DNA from: a virus | IMG/VR virus record: IMGVR_UViG_3300045988_168118 | DNA: 64,000 nt | Strand: one strand, 5' to 3' | Shown here: piece by piece, positions 24,009 to 32,900 of the stretch | How positions within the stretch are numbered: position 1 is the stretch's first letter | Layout: each line of letters begins with the position of its first letter | The notes under the pieces: generated by a model | Databases searched by the model: none | The model's input: the letters and a program-made list of their open reading frames with translations, nothing else | Told to the model about the DNA's origin: nothing | Position numbers and translations under genes: made by a program

Positions 24009-24092
24009 TATTACTTTTATGTATAAAGATAACTTAAAAAAGTTATTTTTAAAAGATAAATTAAGAATTTTATATAAGGAGGATAATGCGTT

Positions 24093-25037
24093 ATGAAGTT
24101 TGGCGTTAGAGAGATTTGTGATGTAGTGTTTAAAGCGAAAGCAAATGTCACTATTGGTAATACTAAATTCGTCAAAGGTCAGCCTGTACTTTATATAGAT
24201 ACAGCAAAAACTTCTACCTTAGAAGGTGCTGCAACCACAGTCTATGCACAGGGTGGAAAAGGAAACACTAGACTGATCGCGTGGGAAGGTGAAAAGACTT
24301 TAACTTTTACAGTTGAAGATGCCCTATTATCACCTATTGGTTTTGCTGTACTTTCTGGAGCAGGCTTAATTAAAGCTGATAGTAAGAATTTAGTCCATGT
24401 TCATATGACAACTGATGTAATCGCGGGAGCAGAAGGTGTTTGTGAAATCACTTATGAAGCTTTTGATGATGAAACAACAACAATCTGTAATACAACAGAT
24501 GTTCCTGTATTTGGTACTGTTTTAGATGGTTCTGGCTCAGGTATTAAATTCTTAGGAGCAGGTACATTTGAAGCAGCAACCGCAACGGTAAATGTAAAAT
24601 CTGCTACTATAGAAAATGCTATTGAAGTATCAAACGGTAAAACTTGTCAGATTAAATTTACAGGTGCGGTTGAAGGTCAGGTAGTAAGAATTGATTATTA
24701 CATTATTAAATCTGCAGGTGCTCAGACCATCACTATTGATGCTGAAAACTTTGCTGGTTACTACTATGTAGAGGCTAGTACATTATTTAGACGTCAGGAT
24801 ACTGGAGTAGATATGCCTGCTGAATTAGTTATTCCGAATGTAAAAATTCAGTCTAACTTTACATTCACTATGGCGGCTACTGGAGATCCATCTACATTTA
24901 CTTTTACGATGGATGCTTTCCCAGGATATACAATGTTTGATAGAACAAAGAAAGTTCTTTGTGCAATTCAAATTATTGGTACGGACGCAGTAGATGATGC
25001 TGAAGATACTGGTCATACAAACCATCAAAAAGGTTGA
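24093..25037 (+). CDS. Major tail (tube) protein (putative), with a Thr/Gly-rich Ig-like C-terminal part.
   Basis: 314 aa with RBS AAGGAGG. Followed by an attenuator terminator and lies upstream of the chaperone-like and tape-measure genes. Confidence 0.45.
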   Translation: MKFGVREICDVVFKAKANVTIGNTKFVKGQPVLYIDTAKTSTLEGAATTVYAQGGKGNTRLIAWEGEKTLTFTVEDALLSPIGFAVLSGAGLIKADSKNLVHVHMTTDVIAGAEGVCEITYEAFDDETTTICNTTDVPVFGTVLDGSGSGIKFLGAGTFEAATATVNVKSATIENAIEVSNGKTCQIKFTGAVEGQVVRIDYYIIKSAGAQTITIDAENFAGYYYVEASTLFRRQDTGVDMPAELVIPNVKIQSNFTFTMAATGDPSTFTFTMDAFPGYTMFDRTKKVLCAIQIIGTDAVDDAEDTGHTNHQKG

Positions 25038-25046
25038 TAATTAAAT

Positions 25047-25078
25047 AGGAGAGTTTAATAACTCTCCTATTTTTTTTT
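25047..25078 (+). terminator. Rho-independent terminator or attenuator after the tail tube gene (aggagagtt-taat-aactctcct followed by a T9 run).
   Basis: 9-bp stem then tatttttttttat. Confidence 0.6.
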
Positions 25079-25098
25079 ATTTATGGAGGAAGTATAAT

Positions 25099-26280
25099 AT
25101 GGCAAAAACTAAAATGGATGTTAATGAGAAAGATATTGATAAAATGGAAGATACTGTTCTAGATGCTATGGATGAACCTGTTAAAGAAGTTGTTAAAGGC
25201 AATTTAAAAAAAATGAGAGAGGAAGCTCAAATCTATTTAAGTAAATTAGACGAATTAAAAGATGGAGTTAAAGATATAGAAGATAGGATTAAAAAACTAA
25301 AAGAATTTAGACATCAATATTCTAATAAAGTAAAAGTTCCAGGTAGAAAAAAAGCAGTGTCAGAATATGAATTAATGGATGAATATGTGCATGCAAGAGC
25401 AGAAAAGAATAGACTTTTAGCTGGAGATATTCCTAAACAACTTTATGAAAGTAGTTTTAAGTTTCAAAAAGCTTTAAATGAATTTTTAGATCAAAAAGTA
25501 ACAATGGTTTATGTATATAGATATAAAAATCAAGCACCTGTTTTATATGAAATACTGAATGAAGATATATTAAAATTTGGAGATGCTTCAAAGTCTGGAT
25601 TTACAGCTAGATATAAGGCAACTCAAAAACAAATAGAAAATATGTTAGAAAGTAAAGCTATTCAGCAGTTAGAAATAGGGAATGATTTTAATTTCAATCT
25701 TAATAACTTAAATCAAACATATGATGAAGTTATGTTTAGGTTTAGAAAAAGTAAAAAAGTAACAGGTGGTCATTATATTATATTATGGCAAAATCCATTA
25801 AAAACTTGGCATCAGGCTTTTATATCTTCAGAAGGTGATATTAATGAAACTTACGCTTCTATTGTTTTGGCAAATAGACAAGAGCCTAGCTTTGAAATAA
25901 CTGAAAGCGATATTCTGTTACAATTAGAACTTTTTGTAAAGGACTTTATTGACGAAGTTTTAAAAGTAAATAGTTTATCTGGGGCGTTAGAAGGAGATTT
26001 AGAGATAGGAGAAATTGAATATGGAATTAAATCTGCTGGTGCTTCAGCATTAGGGCTGCAACAATTAGCAGATTTAGCAAAAAGTATTGTAGAAGATGAA
26101 AATTATAGTGAAGAAGAATTATTAAAGAAGAAAAAAGAATTTAAAGAGAACAAACAGACAAGAAATAAACTTTTAGAATCATTAGAAGATCAAGTTGATA
26201 AGAGTATAAAAGAAGCAATAATAGATGCATACCAGATGGGTGGAAAAAGAGCTTTAAACAGAGCAAAAAAATTAACTTGA
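25099..26280 (+). CDS. Hypothetical K/E-rich coiled-coil protein, 393 aa, in the tail-assembly position.
   Basis: RBS GGAGGAAG. Confidence 0.4.
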   Translation: MAKTKMDVNEKDIDKMEDTVLDAMDEPVKEVVKGNLKKMREEAQIYLSKLDELKDGVKDIEDRIKKLKEFRHQYSNKVKVPGRKKAVSEYELMDEYVHARAEKNRLLAGDIPKQLYESSFKFQKALNEFLDQKVTMVYVYRYKNQAPVLYEILNEDILKFGDASKSGFTARYKATQKQIENMLESKAIQQLEIGNDFNFNLNNLNQTYDEVMFRFRKSKKVTGGHYIILWQNPLKTWHQAFISSEGDINETYASIVLANRQEPSFEITESDILLQLELFVKDFIDEVLKVNSLSGALEGDLEIGEIEYGIKSAGASALGLQQLADLAKSIVEDENYSEEELLKKKKEFKENKQTRNKLLESLEDQVDKSIKEAIIDAYQMGGKRALNRAKKLT

Positions 26281-26342
26281 CAAAAGAAAAATTTTATAGT
26301 ATAATATTCTTATAAGATGAGACAAAAGGAGAAATAAATAAA

Positions 26343-26876
26343 ATGAAAGTAAGTTATGCAAATTTAAAATTAAAAACTAAAGATGAAATTAAAACTTTTA
26401 ATTTTAATAATACAGAAATAGAAGTTAAACAATATTTACCTATTGAAGATAAATATGATTTAGTTATGATTACTTTACAAAAAGCAGAAGAAAATGGTAT
26501 TTATAATGCTTTAAAATTAGATATGTATTTTCATTTGCATTTAGTTTATATGTATACTAATTTAAGTTTTACAGAAAAACAAAAAGAGAATGAAATGAAA
26601 ATTTATGATACTTTAGAGAGCAATGGTTTTATTGATAAAATGATTGAAGTTATTCCTGAAGAAGAATATAATGCTTTATTCACTTTTATGGATGAAATAA
26701 TGCTTAATACTTTAAATTATACCAATACCGCGGGAGCCGTTATTCAAAGTATTATAAATGATTTACCTAAAAACGCAAAAGTTGCTAAAGATATAGTTGA
26801 TTCTTTTGATAAAGAAAAATATCAAGAGGTAATTGAATTTGCGAAAGCGGCTAATGGAAATCGTCCAATTGGGTAA
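26343..26876 (+). CDS. Hypothetical protein, 177 aa, possibly a tail assembly chaperone.
   Basis: Sits immediately upstream of the tape-measure gene. No frameshift partner is evident. Confidence 0.35.
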   Translation: MKVSYANLKLKTKDEIKTFNFNNTEIEVKQYLPIEDKYDLVMITLQKAEENGIYNALKLDMYFHLHLVYMYTNLSFTEKQKENEMKIYDTLESNGFIDKMIEVIPEEEYNALFTFMDEIMLNTLNYTNTAGAVIQSIINDLPKNAKVAKDIVDSFDKEKYQEVIEFAKAANGNRPIG

Positions 26877-26959
26877 GATAAATTAATAAAAATGCCTTTA
26901 TTATCATATTATGGTAGTAAAGGTATTTTTTTATGCGTAATTTTAGGAGGTAAAAGGAT

Positions 26960-29900
26960 ATGGCGGCTACAAATCGTATTGATTTTACAGTTGGCTTTAA
27001 TACAGACCAAAGCGGTTTATCAACCATTAAGAAGTCATTAGAAGAAATTCAAAAGATGACTTCTAGTGATTTGATGAGTTTAAATAAAGGTATGGATTTA
27101 AGCGAAGCCAATAGCAGATTAACCCAGATAAAAGAATCTGCTAGTCAAGTTCAAAAAGCGTTAGATAAAGCTTTTAACGCAAATTTAGGAACATTAAATG
27201 TTTCTAAATTTAATAACGAATTAAAAAATTTAGATATAAACAAAATTTATAATGATTTTAATAGTGCGGGTTCGGCAGGACAAACTGCATTTAAAAATAT
27301 GACAACTCAGGTTTTAACTACTAATATGCAGTTAAAACAAACTCATAGCTTCTTAGAAAATATGGCTACAACTTTGTCTAATACTATTAAATGGAATATT
27401 GCGTCTGGAGCTATGAACGCATTAACTAATAATGTACAACAAGCAGTTAATTATGTTGAGAAATTAGATACTTCATTAAATAATATTAGAGTCGTAACTG
27501 GCAAATCTGCGGAAGAGATGCGTGATTTCGCGGAATCTGCAAGTCAAACCGCCCAGGAACTATCTGCAAGTACGAGAGATATAACTGAAGGAGCTTTAAT
27601 TTACTATCAACAGGGTGATACAGATGAAAATGCTCTTGCTAAAGCTGAGATTACTCAGAAAACCGCGAATGTATCTCAGATTAGCTCAGAACAGGCTGCG
27701 GAATATTTAACTGCGGTTTGGAATGGTTATAAAGTAGCTAATGAAGCTGCGGCTGAAGGAATGGACGTTTATGAAAAATATGTAGATAAGTTAGCGGCTG
27801 TAGCAGCTACAACTGCGTCAGACTTGGCTGAATCTTCTATGGCTATTTCTAAAGTGGCTTCCGCAGCAAGTTCTATGGGTGTTGACTTTGATCAGTTAAA
27901 TGCTCAGATTGCGACTATTATTTCTGTTACCCGCCAAGCACCAGAATCAGTAGGTACAGCTTTAAAAACAATTTATGCTCGTATGGGTGATCTAGCTGTT
28001 GATGGTGTTGATGAATTTGGAGTTTCTCTTGGTGAAGTTTCTGGAAAGATGAAAACAATGGGCATTGACATCTTAGATGAGAATGGTCATCTAAAAGAGA
28101 TGGGAAATGTTATTGAAGAAGTAGCAGGTAAGTGGAGTACTTGGACAGACGAACAAAGACAAGCGGCAGCAGTTGCAATCGCGGGTAAGAGACAGTATAA
28201 TAACTTAATTGCTTTATTTGATAACTGGGATATGTACACTGATGCTTTAGACACTTCTAAAAATGCATTGGGAACTCTTGAAGAGCAACAAGATATTTAT
28301 TCTGAAAGAACAGAAGCTCATATCCAAAGAATGAGAACTACTTTCGAGGATTTATATGACTCTTTATTAAAGCCAGAAGCTATTAATGAAGTTGTTGATG
28401 GAATTACTTTTGTTGTAGATAAAATTGCAACATTGGTTGATAATATCGGCGGTGGTAAGACTGTTCTTGCTGAGTTAGGATCTTTAGGTGTAAGAGTATT
28501 TAGTAAACAAATCGCTGGTGGTATTTCTACAACTATAGCTAATTTTAAAAATGTAAAATCTAATGCTGAACAACTTAATGCTCAGTTAGAGATTCTACAA
28601 CAGTATAAAGGATTATCTGCATTAGACGAAGATACTAAAGAATTAGTAAATATGAAGCAAGAGATTGTGGATTTAGGATCTGTTGCTACTACTGAACAAC
28701 AGAACATTGCTAACGGTTTTATTGAACAAATAAATGCTTTGCAAAATCAAAAGAAACAGTTAGAAGAGAATGAGGAAGCTGCAAAAAATCTTTATAAGGC
28801 TTTAACTAATGAAGAATTAGACTTAGATAGCCTTAGAGGGAAGGGCGAAGGAGCAAAAAATACAGATACATATGACAAAATTAAGAAGCAAGTAGATGAG
28901 ACTCAGAAACAATATAAAAGTTTGAATAAAGAAGCCTCTAATTATGCTGGGGCTTTGACTTTAGCTACTTTTAATCAAAGACAAGCTTCTAAAGATAATT
29001 CAAAGCAAGAAGAGGCAATTAAATCTTATGAAGCTTTAACTACCGCTGTAAAAAATTATAATGATGAAGTAAAAAAAATAGTTTCTTCAAGTCCAGAAGT
29101 CGCAAGTGCTTATGAAAATTTTAATAAGAAATTAAAAGAGTATAGTGAACTCACAGGAAATGCTGAAAAATCGGTAGGAGAATTAATTGCGACTTACCCA
29201 GAATTAAGCAAAGCTTTCAAAGAGGTAACAGAAGCAAGTAAAGATTATGCTAGTCAAGCGGCAAGTGATGCACAGAAGGTTATGAAAACTGCACAAGATG
29301 TCGCTGCAGGGACAGGGGAAAAAGTAAAAGAAAAGTTAGATGAGTCTCGCTCTGCATGGAAAAGCTTTATAGATGATGTAAGAAATACTGCGGTTATTCA
29401 ATCAGCTTTAGACATAGCGGGTTCTATTGGAGAAATAGGTTCTTCTATAGCTGGTTTAAAAGGAGTATGGGATGTTTTTTCAGATGAATCTTTATCTACA
29501 ACAGAGAAATTAGGACAATCCTTTACTATTTTGCTTTCTACTTTACCGCTTCTTATAAATGGGATTCAAGGACTTCAAGCAGGTCTTATAACTTTGGCTC
29601 AAACTGCAATTCCAGCTCTAGCTGGCTCTTCTTTAACTGCGGGGGAAGCATTTTTAGCATTATTTTCAGCCTCTTGGATTGGTTGGGCTGCGGCGGCGGC
29701 AGCAGCGATTGGGATAGTAGTATTCGCTATAGACAAAATGACTGTAAGTGCAAAAGAAGCAAAAGAAGCTTTAGAGAGTCAATTTGAAGAATATGAGAAG
29801 GCTCAACAGGAAGTAGACGAATTAAATTCTAAATTAGAAACGACGCAAGAAAGATTAAAAGAACTGTATCAAATTTCTCCAGATGAACTTACTCTTGCAC

Positions 29901-32900
29901 AAAAGGAAGAATTAAGAACCTTAGAAGCTCAAAACGCGGCATTAGCAACACAGCTTGAGCTAAGAAAGAAAGTTGCAAAAGCTGAGGAAAAGAAAACAGT
30001 AGAAGCCGCAGAACAAGCCGCAAAAAAAGACGCATATGGTAAAGAACTTGACGCAGCATCGGTAGACGCGTCAGTAGATAGAAGCCAATTAGCAGAGGTA
30101 TCTGGAGTAGATATTGGAAATGGAAGGAAAGTTCAAGATATACTTCTTGATGACTCTGTTGCTAAGTTTCAACTAGGCGATGAGAAAGCTTATAAGGAAT
30201 ATAAAGCTGAAGTAGAATACTCTATTTCTGAAATTAGAGAATTACTAGCGAAAAAGAATACTGGAATCAATTATGATCAGAGAGAAGCTTTAAGTGCTTA
30301 TGTAAATAACTTAGAGCATACTCTATCAGCAGTAAATAAGAAATGGGAAAATTCTTCTGGTGAAGTTTCTAAAAGTTTAACAGACGCGTATAATAACGCT
30401 TTAAAACAGATTCCTTTGTTAGAAGAAGCTGGTTCAGAATATGTTGACTATTACTATAATATTGTCGAACAGTATTATAGAAAGACAGATACATTAGGTT
30501 TCGCTACTAAGCAAGCTTTCGGTGAAGCTTTAAGTGAAAATAAAGAAGCTTTTGATAAAATGAAAGCGGAGATAGAAAAAGAAGGCGGAATTGATGTATT
30601 ATTAGCGGATGATGGCAAAAAGCTACGAAATGTTATAGGTAGTAATGCTTTTGAATCTTTAAAAGAATACTCTACTCAAACAGGACTTTCTTTAGAAACT
30701 TTATTAAAGAGTCTTGATGAGATTGATGCTAAATATGATGATATTAAAGATGGAGCATCTATTGCAGCTAACACAGAGAAAAAAGAAATTGAAGAACTAA
30801 CGAAAAAACAAGAAGAGTATCAAGAAGAATTAGATAAAAAATCTGTAATTGGAGATATTTCTTCTCAGTTGGCTAGTGAAGGTAGCTTAGATAAATTAAG
30901 TAAAACCAAAGAAGGAAAGGCTACTTTAGAGACTTTTAATCAGATGTTAGAGGAAACCGCAGGCATCTATAATAAAAATGTAAGTGCGGCTCAAGAGTTT
31001 GAAGAAGCTGCTACTAGAGGTGTTCTTGGACAAATAGAATACCTAGAAGATTTAAGAGAAGCAGATTCTAATTATTATACTGAAGTTATCGAGTTAGAAA
31101 AACAAAAATTAGAAGCGGAATTAGATTCTAATAAAAAAATATTAGAAGGATATGCACAGAGAAAAACTGAATTAACTATGCATATCAATCAGCTAGAGGA
31201 TATAAGAGAGAAAGAAGGTTCTCTTAGCAAAGAACAACTAGATGAGCTTAGTAATGCTCAAGTTGAATTAGAAGCAGTTACAGAAAAATATAATGAATAT
31301 CAAAACGCTGTTTCAGATACAAAGAAAGAAATAGAGGATACTGATTGGGAATTAAAAATTGATTTAGCTGGGGTTGAAGAAATCTTAAGCATTGGTGATT
31401 CTGTTCTAAGTGAATCTGATAAAATTAGAGAAGCTGCGATGATGATTGGAGAGGGATATATCGTTGCATCTGAAGATGCTAAAAAATTAGCAGAAGTTTT
31501 CCCTGAGATACTAGATGGTGCCCAGGTAATGGCAGATGGACAAATTCAACTTCAAGAAGATGTTGCTAAAGATGCATTAGGTAATCAAGAAAGTATCCTT
31601 GATGGCGATGTAGAATCTACTAACGCTAGAATAGAAAATGAGATTCAACTATTGACTGCAAAAAAAGAATCTGCTGAAGCCGAATTAGCGATGGCTAAGT
31701 CTGTTGCTGAAGGTGGAGTAAAATTAACTAAAGAACAAATAGAGAAAATTTCTAATGGGCGTCAACAACTAACTAATTATTTAATGAAGTTAGGTTTAGA
31801 AGAAACTGATGCTAATAAAGCAGTAGCTGCCGCGATGTCAGGTAATATGGATGAATATAATCGTATTACTGCGAATGTTTCAGATGATGTAGCTCATAAC
31901 TTAGCACAATCTTTATCTGATGCAGCAACGTCAGCTAAGGAAAATTCTTCTAATATGGTTACTTCGGTTTCTGCGGTAGGCGAACAGGCAAGTAAAGTGG
32001 CTAACCAAATTAAAAATATGCCTAAAGGAATCAAAACTGATGTTTCGAAAGTGAATGTTGGAGGTGGAGGAACAGGAGGTTCGAACTTTACAGCTACCAC
32101 AAATAAGGGAGATTTTAAAGGAGTCGATCCGGTTGAATCTTCTGCTTCTTTACCAGAAATAGATGAGTGGATAAGTGATCTTGAGCTAGATATTTCCACT
32201 TATGAACAAAGCATTTCTAGAATGAGAGCATTACAAGCAACTTTGTATGAAAATGCTGGTTCAACCAAAAAAGCCCTCGATAGTGCAAAATCTGGTTTAG
32301 GTGGTTCAACACCTTTTGAAAAAGATAAAAGTAGTAAAGGTGGAAAAGGTGGTAGTGGAGGAAAAGGCTCTTCATCAGATGCACAAGCAGATACGATGGA
32401 TTTATTGCAAGATGAGGCTGAAGTATATCACGACATAGATCTTCAAATAAAAGATATCACAAAAGACTTAGATGCTTTACAGAAAAAACAAGAAAAGCTT
32501 GCTGGTAAAGAACTAACTAAAAATCTTCAAGAACAGTTAGATTTATTAGAAAAGCAAAAAGAAGCGTATGCTACAAAAATAGAGGTAGCTAAAATTAGGT
32601 CTAGTACGTATAAATCTGCACTTAAAGCAGAAGGAGTCACTTTTAACGCAGATGGAGACATAACTAATTATTTTAAAATTATGCAAACTAAAATGGATAA
32701 TGTCAATAAAATGATTACTAAATATAATGGCATGTCCAAAGAAGAGCAAAAGAAATATAAGCAAACAGTTGAAGCTGCAAAAAAGGATTATGAGAAATTT
32801 AAAAAGATTCTTAGCAAATATGAAGAGTTAAATGCAGATGAAAAAGAGATAGAAAAACAACAGCAAGAAATAGAAGATAAAGCTACAGAAGTAAGAATTA

